From a virus: a stretch of 64,000 nt of DNA. The notes beneath the pieces are model-generated. The model was not told the origin of the DNA. It worked only from the letters and a program-made list of their open reading frames with translations, and searched no databases. The position numbers were made by a program, and so were the translations under genes. The stretch lies in UHGV virus genome UHGV-1366990; one strand, given 5' to 3'. This document shows, piece by piece, positions 36,613 through 45,978 of the stretch; positions within the stretch are counted from its first letter, which is position 1; each line of letters starts with the position of its first letter.

Positions 36613-38631
36613 ATGTCAGAATTTAAGCCCTTCGCAGTAGCTGTTAACAACAACGTGCTGGCTATGTCAGCATCTGGTCTGTTCATGACCAACATCGATA
36701 AAGATGCTCTGTGGGATCTGTATCTGTCTTCTTTCCCTGCTGGTACCAACCCGCTCTACCGTGAGCGTACCGAGCACGACTGCACCTGCTGTAAACAATT
36801 CATCCGTAACATCGGCGGTGTGGTCACCATCGACGCCGACCTGAACGTGATCTCTATCTGGGATAACATTCAGCTGGGTAACGAATACGACGTTGTCGCT
36901 GCGGCGCTGTCAGCGTATGTTAAGCAGCACGCAATCGTCGACGTGTACTTCAACGACACCAAGAAAGTTGGTGTTGAGTCGAATCACGAAATGAAAGACG
37001 GTATTGTCCGCACCTACAACCACTTCCACACCGACCTGCTGGGCAGCTATGTTCTGCGGGCAGATACCATCGCTTCTAAGAAGGGTGAAATCCGCCAGGC
37101 GATTGAAGTGTTTGAGCGCGGCCTGCGTGAACTGTCTCTGGAATCGGCTGAAATCGTTCTGGAATTGATTGACCAGAATTCTCTGTATCGCGGTGAAGAG
37201 CACAAAGCGGCAGTGCAGGCGTTCGTGGTGAACAAGACCCTGTACGAACAAACTGCAGAAGAGAAACGCGCTCTGTGGGCTTGGCGCACTGGCTACCGTG
37301 CAAACGGTCATACCCCTCACGGCATTCGTAATACCGTGATTGGCTCTCTGCTGGTAGACCTCAATGAAGGCCGGGATCTGGAAACCGCCGTGAAGTCCTT
37401 TGAAGCCAAAGTCGCTCCGACGAACTACAAGCGCCCAACCGCGCTGGTCACGAAGTCCATGATTGAAAACGCGCAGAAAGAAGTCGAAGCGCTGGGCCTG
37501 ACCGATTCACTGGGTCGCCGTTATGCCGTGTATGACGATCTGACCATCAACAATGTTCTGTTCGCCGATCTGGCAGCTCAGAAGAAGATGGACCCGTTTG
37601 CTCAGCTGGCGTCTGAAGTGAAGACTCCGACCAAGTCCCTGGACAAGGTTGAAGAGATCACGATCGACGACTTCCTGACCAACGTGTTGCCAAAGGCGCA
37701 TTCCCTGGAAGTACTGGTTGAAAACTCTCACATTGGCAACCTGATGTCCCTGATCGCTCCGGCTACCGCAGGCGCTCCTAACCTGTTCAAGTGGAACAAC
37801 GGCTTCAGCTGGTCGTACAATGGCGAAGTGGCCGACTCCATCAAAGAGCGCGTGAAGACCGCAGGCGGTAATGTCGACAGTTTCCTCCGTGTGTCACTGG
37901 CTTGGCATAACAACGACGACCTGGATCTGAGCATGAACGATCCTCTTCACAACCACGTGTATTATCACAACCGTCGTTCGACAACTGGCGCAACTCTGGA
38001 CATCGACATGAACGGTATGGACGGCATTGATCCAAACCGCCGTCCGGTGGAGAACATCTTCTTCAGCGATGAACGCAAGCTGCGTGATGGTCTGTACGAG
38101 TTCTATGTCACTAACTTCAGCCAGCGTGAAACCTGTGATATGGGCTTCGAAATCGAAGTTGAATACAAAGGCCAGACCAAGCGTTTTTCGCATCCTGGCC
38201 TGAAGCACAAAGATCGCACTCTGGCTGTTGTGATTGATGTCCGCGCTGGACAAGTGGTAGACATCCGTTCTACCCTGAAAGACGACGCTCGCTCTCAGGA
38301 AATCTGGGGCATCAAGACCTCCGTCTTCCAGAAGGTACAGCTGGTTCTGAACTCACCAAACCATTGGGACGGCGAGCAGACTGGCAACAAGCACGTGTTC
38401 TTCATCCTGGAAGGTTGTGCTAACCCTGTCGGCACCCGTGGTTTCTATAACGAATATCTGAAGCCGGAACTTGATAAACACCGCAAGGTTTTTGAAATGT
38501 TAGGCGGTAAGATTAAAGTACAGCCAAGCACTGAGCAGCTGTCCGGTCTGGGCTTCTCTACCACCCAACGCAACCACGTGTTCGTGAAGGTGAGCGGTTC
38601 GTTCAACCGCACTGTGAAAGTTGTGTTCTAA
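36613..38631 (+). CDS. hypothetical protein (672 aa), function unknown
   Basis: CAGGAAG Shine-Dalgarno; upstream TTTACTTC...TTCAATAA cassette-like element; no P-loop seen. Confidence 0.7.
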   Translation: MSEFKPFAVAVNNNVLAMSASGLFMTNIDKDALWDLYLSSFPAGTNPLYRERTEHDCTCCKQFIRNIGGVVTIDADLNVISIWDNIQLGNEYDVVAAALSAYVKQHAIVDVYFNDTKKVGVESNHEMKDGIVRTYNHFHTDLLGSYVLRADTIASKKGEIRQAIEVFERGLRELSLESAEIVLELIDQNSLYRGEEHKAAVQAFVVNKTLYEQTAEEKRALWAWRTGYRANGHTPHGIRNTVIGSLLVDLNEGRDLETAVKSFEAKVAPTNYKRPTALVTKSMIENAQKEVEALGLTDSLGRRYAVYDDLTINNVLFADLAAQKKMDPFAQLASEVKTPTKSLDKVEEITIDDFLTNVLPKAHSLEVLVENSHIGNLMSLIAPATAGAPNLFKWNNGFSWSYNGEVADSIKERVKTAGGNVDSFLRVSLAWHNNDDLDLSMNDPLHNHVYYHNRRSTTGATLDIDMNGMDGIDPNRRPVENIFFSDERKLRDGLYEFYVTNFSQRETCDMGFEIEVEYKGQTKRFSHPGLKHKDRTLAVVIDVRAGQVVDIRSTLKDDARSQEIWGIKTSVFQKVQLVLNSPNHWDGEQTGNKHVFFILEGCANPVGTRGFYNEYLKPELDKHRKVFEMLGGKIKVQPSTEQLSGLGFSTTQRNHVFVKVSGSFNRTVKVVF

Positions 38632-38675
38632 ACCTGATTTGAAATTGTAACCCATTCATCATTGAGGATAGTAAA

Positions 38676-39047
38676 ATGTTTGATAAAGCAACCCGTATGA
38701 AACTGCGCTTCGAGTCTAACAAAGGCCTGTTGTCTGTTGAGCAGGTCTGGGACCTGAGCCTGACTGCCCTGAACGAAATGGCGAAAGGTCTGAGCCGTCA
38801 GGTGAAAGCAGCAGAAACCGATGAAGAAGATTTCATTGGTACCAAAAGCAACGTTGACTCCGAACTGCAGCTGCGCTTCGACGTTGTCAAGCACATCATC
38901 GGCGTTAAGCTGAAAGAACGTGACGACAGCAGAGAAGCGGCAGAGCGTAAGGCGAACAACCAGGTTATCCTGGAGCTGATCCAACGTAAGAAACAGCAAG
39001 AGCTGGAAAGCAAATCTGTTGAAGAACTGGAAGCGCTGCTGAAATAA
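38676..39047 (+). CDS. hypothetical coiled-coil protein (123 aa)
   Basis: GAGGA Shine-Dalgarno; followed by a strong terminator. Confidence 0.55.
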   Translation: MFDKATRMKLRFESNKGLLSVEQVWDLSLTALNEMAKGLSRQVKAAETDEEDFIGTKSNVDSELQLRFDVVKHIIGVKLKERDDSREAAERKANNQVILELIQRKKQQELESKSVEELEALLK

Positions 39048-39069
39048 CCCTGTTGGCCTCGGCCTGAGC

Positions 39070-39097
39070 AACCCCGCCATGTGCGGGGTTTCTTTTT
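39070..39097 (+). terminator. rho-independent terminator CCCCGC-CATGT-GCGGGG-TTTCTTTTT
   Basis: GC stem plus U-tract. Confidence 0.7.
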
Positions 39098-39108
39098 GGA
39101 CAAAGAAT

Positions 39109-39510
39109 ATGAAACTTGTCATCTGTGATTACTGCGGCCTCCTAGCCGAATTCGTCGGTGGTGATGTTCTCTACCCTCATCGCCCTGACCTCCGCAATCT
39201 GAAGTTCTGGGTGTGCACTCCATGTGATGCCCGTGTCGGTTGCCATGCCCATGGCGACGGCAGACAACCTTTGGGAAGGATGGCGAATGCCGCTCTCCGT
39301 GCTGCTAAGCAGGAAGCCCATAGATCGTTTGACCCATTGTGGAAAAGCGGAGAGAGGAGCAGGAGCGACGCTTACAGTTGGCTGGCGCATGAGCTGGGGA
39401 TAAAGAAGCGTGAGTGTCATATTGGCTTGTTCGATATCGACATGTGCCGTAAAGTAGTTGCTGTATGCAACCAATTACGGGAAACACAGAATGGCAACCA
39501 TCAATCGTAA
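39109..39510 (+). CDS. zinc-ribbon protein (DUF3268-like)
   Basis: CDYCG...CTPCDARVGCHAHG cysteine pattern; ATG is residue 11 of ORF 39079. Confidence 0.5.
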   Translation: MKLVICDYCGLLAEFVGGDVLYPHRPDLRNLKFWVCTPCDARVGCHAHGDGRQPLGRMANAALRAAKQEAHRSFDPLWKSGERSRSDAYSWLAHELGIKKRECHIGLFDIDMCRKVVAVCNQLRETQNGNHQS

Positions 39511-40285
39511 TGAACCCCAAGGTGTTGAGCTGAAGGGTAAATCTGTTCGCGAAGGTCTAAGGCTATCTCCAGATCTTCTGAAGTCACACATTGCCGAAGT
39601 CATCTATGAAGACCGTGAAGTCGGCGGCCACCGCGTCATCACCTGCCACTTCAAGATGGACAACGGCTTTGTCGTGTGGGGTAAGAGTAGCTCTACTTCC
39701 ATCGACCCTGCCAACTTTGATGAAGAGTTGGGCAAGAAGCTGGCCTATGACAAGACCTTCTCCCAGTTGTGGGAACTGGAAGCCTACCGCGCCGTTGTGG
39801 AGAAGCAGATGTTGGAGGTGGCTACCGCCGATGCGAAGATAGACATCTTCCAGTACATCTCCGAAAGGGGGAAGATAAATCATATGGCTGGGATGGAATT
39901 CTTACAAGGCCACGGTCAGTCTTTCGTGTTCCGACATCCACGAGACCCAAGTCGCGGATTCGGTGCTGAATTTATTCAGACTGACAACGAACGCCACAAC
40001 GAACAATTCAATGGTAAATCCCGAGAGAAGGTTGAAGCCTATCTGCGTTCGTTCATGCGCCCGGATGAATTGTATTCTGAACTCGTTGTTCGTCTGGCCA
40101 AGACTTGCATGGCGGCCTACAAGGGTGGGATCTACTTTAATGCCACCTCTTGGGATAAGATGAGCGCCGAAGAACAGAAAGACTGCTGTGATGACGTCAG
40201 GCGGCTCTTGCTGGCTCCGACGGATTATACCCCAACCGACCAGAAGGATGCGCTGTTCAAGGCCATCGTTGATTCTTACAAATAA
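39491..40285 (+). CDS. hypothetical protein with Gp49-like N-terminal domain
   Basis: ITCHFKMDNGFVVWGKSS...DPANFDEELGKKLAY resembles the phage Gp49/Sf6-gp66 family; from memory. Confidence 0.45.
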   Translation: MATINRNEPQGVELKGKSVREGLRLSPDLLKSHIAEVIYEDREVGGHRVITCHFKMDNGFVVWGKSSSTSIDPANFDEELGKKLAYDKTFSQLWELEAYRAVVEKQMLEVATADAKIDIFQYISERGKINHMAGMEFLQGHGQSFVFRHPRDPSRGFGAEFIQTDNERHNEQFNGKSREKVEAYLRSFMRPDELYSELVVRLAKTCMAAYKGGIYFNATSWDKMSAEEQKDCCDDVRRLLLAPTDYTPTDQKDALFKAIVDSYK

Positions 40286-40358
40286 CTGAATTATCAAAGT
40301 CCTTCAATAACAATAACGCCCAGTATATTTGCTGGGCGTTTCAATTTGTACATCACAG

Positions 40359-40364
40359 TATAAT
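40359..40364 (+). promoter_or_regulatory. -10 TATAAT downstream of terminator hairpin ACGCCCAG-N8-CTGGGCGT
   Basis: Perfect -10 hexamer 32 nt before ATG 40396; no good -35. Confidence 0.3.
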
Positions 40365-40395
40365 ACGGCTGTACAATACACCATGAGGTTACATT

Positions 40396-40629
40396 ATGTT
40401 TCGTTTGAAATTGAACGACCAAGATGTGTTCTACAAACACTTCACCTTCCCAGGTGGTGAGGAACATATCAAGATTCAAAAATCTGGTATCCCTATCGGC
40501 CATGTTCAGAACGTGGTGATTGATGCTCACATCAAATCATCAGACGTTCAGAAGCGGTTGGCTCTATCCAGCGCCTGTGGGAGATCTTTGAAACTGGGCA
40601 CTTCCTGTTGGATGAGCACATCGGCCTGA
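40396..40629 (+). CDS. hypothetical small protein, possibly frameshifted
   Basis: The first 50 aa are protein-like, the tail is junk-like; the alternative frame gives SIQRLWEIFETGHFLLDEHIGLIYGDSITPPGA ending in a C7 tract. Confidence 0.3.
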   Translation: MFRLKLNDQDVFYKHFTFPGGEEHIKIQKSGIPIGHVQNVVIDAHIKSSDVQKRLALSSACGRSLKLGTSCWMSTSA

Positions 40630-40714
40630 TCTACGGTGATTCTATCACCCCCCCTGGCGCGTGAAGACCGCTATTAAATCCCAACAGGGCGTCGTCTCTG
40701 TTAAGTGAGATCAA

Positions 40715-40930
40715 ATGATACTGAAAGAATGTTTTACCGACCTGAAGGCGACGTCTGAAAGTATTCCGGCTTGCATTCAGAACTATGCTCCAAAGGATGT
40801 GCTCTTGGCTCAGCTGGAGCAGTCTCGTGAGTTTATCAACAATATGCTGGACTCTGTAAAGACGCGCATCGAAGCCGCTGATGAGTCTGAACTTAACCCT
40901 TACGCACAAGGCGAAGAGAACAATGATTGA
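40715..40930 (+). CDS. hypothetical acidic protein (71 aa)
   Basis: ATG ORF; stop overlaps the next start (ATGA). Confidence 0.35.
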   Translation: MILKECFTDLKATSESIPACIQNYAPKDVLLAQLEQSREFINNMLDSVKTRIEAADESELNPYAQGEENND

Positions 40931-43124
40931 ATCATTAGAATTTAAGAATGCGGTTGCGACTGCTGCCCCGTCCAACCATGTAATCGTTGTAGACATTTCC
41001 GGCTCTATGTACCGTGCGCTCCCTGAAGTCCGTAAGCATCTGAAGGAGAACCTGCCTTCCCTGGTGAAACCGGAAGACACTGTGAGTGTTCTATACTTCT
41101 CATCCAAAGGCGACTTTGGCACTGTGTTCGCTGGCCGTCAGATCAATGCAGCATCCGACCTGAGCGAAATCAACAATCTGATTGACCGTTTCCTGCAACC
41201 ATCCGGCTGTACTGGTTTCGTTGAGCCATTGAAACTGGCGATGGACACTGCTCGTGGCCTGAAGAAGCCTGGCTATGTCAACAACCTGGCGTTCATGACT
41301 GACGGGTATGACAACTGCTGGCGTACCAACGAAATTCTACTGGTTGCTGAGACCCTGCCATTTGCTTTTGATAACATTACATTTATCGAATATGGCTGGT
41401 ACTGTAACCGCGAACTGCTGGCGCAGATGGCCGAACGCTCTGGTGCTACTCACGTGTTTGCCGAAGGTCAGACCGAATACCAGACCGAGCTGGAAAACGT
41501 GCTGAAGTCATCAGTGCCGAAGGTGAAAGTTGATGTCCCAGTCATCTACACCCATGCCATCTACGTCGAAAACGGTGTGGCAACAGTACTGGCGGTGCAG
41601 GACGATGACTCTCACCCGGTCGGCTATGTGAGCATCCCTGAGAGCGTCACCAAGCTGTGGGTTGTAAACCCTAACATGATCGACCAGCTTGATGCGCTGG
41701 CGGATATCCAGGCGGCATACGTGCTGGCGTTCTACGGCGTACACATCATGGACGCGGACCTGGTGTGGGCTGCACTGAAGAAAACAGGTGACGTTCGCTT
41801 CATCAAACAGTACAGCAACTGCTTCACCAAGCAGGACTACTCCAACATCAAGAACGATCTGGTTCAGGCGATTGTTGAAGACCAGCTGCGCGGCGTTGAC
41901 GGTATTGACTATGACCTGGTTCCGGCTGAAGATGCGACCACCGTCGTTGATGTGCTGACGTACCTGGCTGAAGCTGGTGTGCCTGTTGCTACCAAGCATC
42001 CGATGTTCTCCTATAAGAGTATCGGGCGCGGTACTGTGCAGAAAACCGACGACACCGAAGACAAGCTGGCAGAACAGATCGCGAATGCTCAGTCCAAAGA
42101 AGAGCGTAAAGCCCTGGCTCTCAAGCTGGCAGAGCACGAAGAGTGGAACCCGACGTTCGAACCTACCAACGACCTGGGTGTTGTGCCAATCAGTGATTTG
42201 GTCTATAACTTCGAGCGCCCGAACATCAGTGTGCGTACAATTCAACACGGTACTGTGGCTGTGCCTGAATTCGCACAGAAGAAGTTTGGCCTGCCTGAAG
42301 AACTGGACACTTTCCAGTGGCGCAACTACACCATCGTCAAAGACGGTATCATCAACGTGAAGACTCTGCCGTTCAAGGCTGATATCGAAGTTGTACAGAA
42401 GCTGATCGAAATGGGCGTCCACGTGTTTGGTGGTCCGGAAGTGTTTGTCCTGAACCTGGAAAGCGTACCGCTGGTCAACCGCGCCATGGTCAAGAACATC
42501 AGTGCTGCTCAGTTCTTTGCGGATAATGTCCGTCTGGAAGCCCTGAAAGGTAAGCAGAAGGTGCTGAAGTTCTATCGAGACGCCCTGGTTGGTAAGGGTA
42601 ACGCCAAAGGCCTGGCAGTACAGTACGGCGCTGAGGCGGCCGAGTTCCTGTCCTCCTACGGCATCCGCGATTACGGCTTCTCACCGAAGACTGAGACCAA
42701 AGAGTCTACCGACTTCTACATGAGCCGTGAGCTGAACGTGAAGATCGCCGGGGCGTCTTCACTACCGAGCATCGCGGCAGTACAGAAGAAGATCGCAGAG
42801 AACAAGAAACTCAATGCTGGTGACTTGTTCATCGCCAATGCTCTGAAAGAGTACGAAGCATTCGTGAAGTCTCCTATGATCACTGCCGTGCCTGAAGCCT
42901 TACAGAAACAGCTGATCGAAAACTGGATCGACGCTGCTGCCAAGGCGGCCATCACCGAAGTCCGTGCCCTGAACAAGACGCTGTCTAAAGTGGTGTATGG
43001 TATCGTTGCTGGTCATGGCTGGTTCACCGACCTCGACCTGGAAGAGTCCACCATGGAAGTTGAAGTGGATGGCGTGAAGTACAAGGTCACTGCCGAACTG
43101 ACAGAGAAAGAAATCAAAATCTAA
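40923..43124 (+). CDS. von Willebrand factor A (vWA) domain protein (733 aa)
   Basis: MIDAS-like VIVVDISGSM ... MTDGYDN near the N-terminus; the C-terminal 500 aa are unassigned. Confidence 0.7.
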   Translation: MIESLEFKNAVATAAPSNHVIVVDISGSMYRALPEVRKHLKENLPSLVKPEDTVSVLYFSSKGDFGTVFAGRQINAASDLSEINNLIDRFLQPSGCTGFVEPLKLAMDTARGLKKPGYVNNLAFMTDGYDNCWRTNEILLVAETLPFAFDNITFIEYGWYCNRELLAQMAERSGATHVFAEGQTEYQTELENVLKSSVPKVKVDVPVIYTHAIYVENGVATVLAVQDDDSHPVGYVSIPESVTKLWVVNPNMIDQLDALADIQAAYVLAFYGVHIMDADLVWAALKKTGDVRFIKQYSNCFTKQDYSNIKNDLVQAIVEDQLRGVDGIDYDLVPAEDATTVVDVLTYLAEAGVPVATKHPMFSYKSIGRGTVQKTDDTEDKLAEQIANAQSKEERKALALKLAEHEEWNPTFEPTNDLGVVPISDLVYNFERPNISVRTIQHGTVAVPEFAQKKFGLPEELDTFQWRNYTIVKDGIINVKTLPFKADIEVVQKLIEMGVHVFGGPEVFVLNLESVPLVNRAMVKNISAAQFFADNVRLEALKGKQKVLKFYRDALVGKGNAKGLAVQYGAEAAEFLSSYGIRDYGFSPKTETKESTDFYMSRELNVKIAGASSLPSIAAVQKKIAENKKLNAGDLFIANALKEYEAFVKSPMITAVPEALQKQLIENWIDAAAKAAITEVRALNKTLSKVVYGIVAGHGWFTDLDLEESTMEVEVDGVKYKVTAELTEKEIKI

Positions 43125-43128
43125 TCCA

Positions 43129-43155
43129 ACGGGCGGGGCAACCCGCCTTTCTTTG
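43129..43155 (+). terminator. rho-independent terminator GGCGGG-GCAA-CCCGCC-TTTCTTT
   Basis: GC stem plus U-tract after the vWA gene. Confidence 0.65.
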
Positions 43156-43166
43156 GGAGAAGTAGC

Positions 43167-43490
43167 ATGAGCAGTAAACCAACATATGTTGAAGTCATGC
43201 GTCATCTGGCTCAGTACGCCACCGACAATCTGAATATGGATCTGTGGCGTGACGATGACAAGCGCAAATTGCTGGACGACGTGGCATCTCAGAACGAGGA
43301 CGCCCTGGACAAGCTGGCTGGCCTCCGTACCAAGAAAGACCTCGGCGGTGATGAACTGGACGCTATCGAAATCGTAATGGACCTCGAAGAAGAGTTTCAG
43401 GTCGAAATCGACGACGGCTGGCTGGGTAGTAAAGGCGATGACCCGACCATGGGTGAACTCGCTGAACTCGTGGTTGCCCTGCGCAAATAA
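43167..43490 (+). CDS. acyl-carrier-protein-like protein with DSL to DEL substitution
   Basis: DLGGDELDAIEIVMDLEEEFQVEIDD aligns with E. coli ACP [26 protein letters not shown], but the Ser is Glu. Confidence 0.65.
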   Translation: MSSKPTYVEVMRHLAQYATDNLNMDLWRDDDKRKLLDDVASQNEDALDKLAGLRTKKDLGGDELDAIEIVMDLEEEFQVEIDDGWLGSKGDDPTMGELAELVVALRK

Positions 43491-43493
43491 CAG

Positions 43494-43522
43494 AAGTCCC
43501 CAACAAACGTTGGGGATTTTTA
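43494..43522 (+). terminator. terminator TCCCCAAC-AAAC-GTTGGGGA-TTTTT
   Basis: 8-bp stem plus U-tract. Confidence 0.65.
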
Positions 43523-43532
43523 CTTTTAGGGG

Positions 43533-43561
43533 TTTACTTCCTCTAAGGAATGTCCTATTAT
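43533..43561 (+). promoter_or_regulatory. sigma70-like early promoter (TTTACT-17 nt-TATTAT)
   Basis: Same TTTACTTC -35 context as the other cassettes; followed by TTCAATAA. Confidence 0.45.
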
Positions 43562-43612
43562 TCAATAACTGGCGAACGATGGGTTCACCGGGTTGAAAGG
43601 TAAGATTATATC

Positions 43613-43852
43613 ATGAAGAACAAAATGGTCGAAACTTCAGTAGAGATTGATCGCAATTGGGGATTGCTCCGCGCTAAAGGGTTCCGCCGTGTGTATGCGA
43701 CCAAAGAAGTCTACGCACAGCGTCGTGACGTTATCATCAGCAAGAAAGGCAAAGAGTGGGTTGCTGAAGAAGTTGATGTCGAGACAGGCATCGTAGGAAA
43801 GGTAAAGGCCAAGGCCGCGATCCTCTTCGCTCTTCTGAAGCACATCAGTTAA
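43613..43852 (+). CDS. hypothetical basic protein (79 aa)
   Basis: ATG in the conserved AGGTAAGATTATATCATG start region. Confidence 0.5.
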   Translation: MKNKMVETSVEIDRNWGLLRAKGFRRVYATKEVYAQRRDVIISKKGKEWVAEEVDVETGIVGKVKAKAAILFALLKHIS

Positions 43853-43911
43853 TTCTATAACTTTGGGCGGGGTATGATTACCCCGTCTATTTGAAACCAA
43901 GAGACTATATC

Positions 43912-44286
43912 ATGAAAAAGTTAATCCTCGCTGTTGCCCTGCTGGGCGCTTCCTTTGCTGCTGTTTCCGCCCCTCCTGTCATCACCGGAGTGTCTACCAA
44001 CGGTGTTTATGCTTTCAAGGCGTATGGCCAAGACCTCGTTCTGTATAAGAACGGGAAGATGATTGAGCGCTGCGTATCAGACGACGTGAATCGTGGGATC
44101 GACAATCAGGGTAGCCCATACGTCCTGGACATCTATTCCTGCTCCAACGGGACGAAGTCCTTTGGCGTCAAGACCTTTGGCAACGTCGCCGACGGTGGCT
44201 GGGGCTTCATGTTCGAAACCCGCAACCACCACCCGGTCAAGACCATGCAAGAAGAGTTCTTGATCTCTGTCGGGGGTACGTTATGA
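43912..44286 (+). CDS. exported protein with signal peptide (124 aa)
   Basis: MKKLILAVALLGASFAAVSA-PP: signal peptide with AxA site; conserved start region. Confidence 0.6.
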   Translation: MKKLILAVALLGASFAAVSAPPVITGVSTNGVYAFKAYGQDLVLYKNGKMIERCVSDDVNRGIDNQGSPYVLDIYSCSNGTKSFGVKTFGNVADGGWGFMFETRNHHPVKTMQEEFLISVGGTL

Positions 44287-44570
44287 CACCATCAGAGAGA
44301 AGTTCTATCAAGGAGATGATCAGAGACAAGGCGTGTGTTGGCCATACTCAGTCAGAGAACATCTTGCGCCTGATGGTAATAAAGAACGATATCGACAACA
44401 GCCGATTCCAAACAGCGTTGTATGGCATGCTGGAGTTTATATCGCGGTCATCTGATCTTGGCACGGTCCGATATCTTGACGATCTGACCAAGCTGCTGAA
44501 CACGGGCGGGGAAACTTTCGACGCCGCTCGTATCCTGATTGACGGTGGACCTGAAGAAGACGAGGTATAA
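44283..44570 (+). CDS. hypothetical protein (95 aa)
   Basis: ATGA overlap with the upstream gene. Confidence 0.5.
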   Translation: MTPSERSSIKEMIRDKACVGHTQSENILRLMVIKNDIDNSRFQTALYGMLEFISRSSDLGTVRYLDDLTKLLNTGGETFDAARILIDGGPEEDEV

Positions 44571-44762
44571 TTTGGATAAAGAATTGGTTTGGGAAATTGT
44601 GAAGGGTGTCCTAGTAATAATCGCGGTGGTTTTCATCTTGGGTGGGAACTTCTTCTATTGGTTATTCCGATCCGACCAGAAACGTCGCGAACGCAAGGAG
44701 AAAGAGAGAAAGGATCGATGGATGCGCTAACTAAGGGATAACCCTATATCCCGAGGTGTGTC

Positions 44763-45212
44763 ATGTTCCTTACATCTTTTATTGACTGGTTGAACATCAT
44801 TAACGGCCTGAGGATTCCTGTTGGGAACCTCGGGCTTTCTCGTTCTTCTATGCCGCAAATCGATGCCGACAAACAAGAAGATTTTCACAAATATCTTGAA
44901 GACAACGGCGTGTCCATAGATGCTGTGCAAGTGCCCATCAAAATGCTTCGTCTTACCCAGAACGAAATCAACAAGATGAAGGTCTGGAAGATCATGAAGA
45001 ACATCAGAAATAAGAAACCTATGGGTCGAGTTTGGGTGTCTTCTGACAATTACGTTGTTGACGGTTCTCACCGATTTGTCGCTGCGTTGAACATGGACGG
45101 CAAACAGCGCATGAAGGTCTACAAAGTTGATTTGCCAGCGATGGAATTTGTTAAACTCGCTAAACAGTTTCAGGGTGTGCGATACAGAACGGTCAGTGAT
45201 ACCCGTTTCTGA
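44763..45212 (+). CDS. ParB/sulfiredoxin-like nuclease domain protein
   Basis: VSSDNYVVDGSHRFVAA matches the ParB N-domain DGxHR core; GAGGTG Shine-Dalgarno. Confidence 0.5.
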   Translation: MFLTSFIDWLNIINGLRIPVGNLGLSRSSMPQIDADKQEDFHKYLEDNGVSIDAVQVPIKMLRLTQNEINKMKVWKIMKNIRNKKPMGRVWVSSDNYVVDGSHRFVAALNMDGKQRMKVYKVDLPAMEFVKLAKQFQGVRYRTVSDTRF

Positions 45213-45291
45213 ATACGATAGTTTATTGAATCCCTTTACTCAACATGGTGAGCCGCCTATCATTTCATCCAATGAAATAAGGAGAATCGCC

Positions 45292-45978
45292 ATGAAACGT
45301 TTAATCCTCGGGGTTGTGCTGGCTGGTCTGGCATTACCCGCCGCTGCCAAGCTGAACTCCACAGGTGATAAACTGTGGTCCGACCTTTCCTATTGTGCTG
45401 GGTTCTCCCAGGCGGTTGCCATCGACAAGTCTGGTTCCATAGAGAACTTCGCTGAACTCTGGAACACAGGCAACGTCTCCACTGCTGTCGTCAATGCCGG
45501 AATTGAGTTCAACCGTTACAAACAGGGAGCCTATAACCTCAAGGGCTACCTCAATGACGACGAATTTAACCGTGGAGGCATGGAGGCTGGCGATTTAATC
45601 ATGACTGGGCGTATGGGCACCCAAGGCCGGATGACCGTAAGACAGTGCCGTTCGCTCCCTTCTCCGGCATTACAGAAGGGTGTGCAGGTTGGTCGCCGCC
45701 ACCTGAACCTCATCAACGATGGCAACCAGTGCGTCAAAGTATTCGAATACAGCGCCACGCAGACCTCTGATCGCGTCCTGAAGAAGGAATGGCGTACTCG
45801 CGCTCTCGGTCTCAGAGCCTGGCTGGTTGAGAACGATTATTACTTTGAAGACAGGGTTCAGAACGGTCTGAAAGACCTGGCCACGAATCTGAGCGTGAAC
45901 CTTGATGATCCTCGCATGTCGCGCGAACTCCAGCAGACTCGTGTTGACTGCGACAATATGATGAAGGAGAACGAGTGA
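45292..45978 (+). CDS. exported protein with signal peptide (228 aa)
   Basis: MKRLILGVVLAGLALPAAA-K signal peptide; AAGGAGAA Shine-Dalgarno. Confidence 0.6.
   Translation: MKRLILGVVLAGLALPAAAKLNSTGDKLWSDLSYCAGFSQAVAIDKSGSIENFAELWNTGNVSTAVVNAGIEFNRYKQGAYNLKGYLNDDEFNRGGMEAGDLIMTGRMGTQGRMTVRQCRSLPSPALQKGVQVGRRHLNLINDGNQCVKVFEYSATQTSDRVLKKEWRTRALGLRAWLVENDYYFEDRVQNGLKDLATNLSVNLDDPRMSRELQQTRVDCDNMMKENE

Noticed and set aside
41511-42422. 303-aa minus-strand ORF inside the vWA gene
   Set aside because: Antisense shadow; the + frame carries the vWA motifs.
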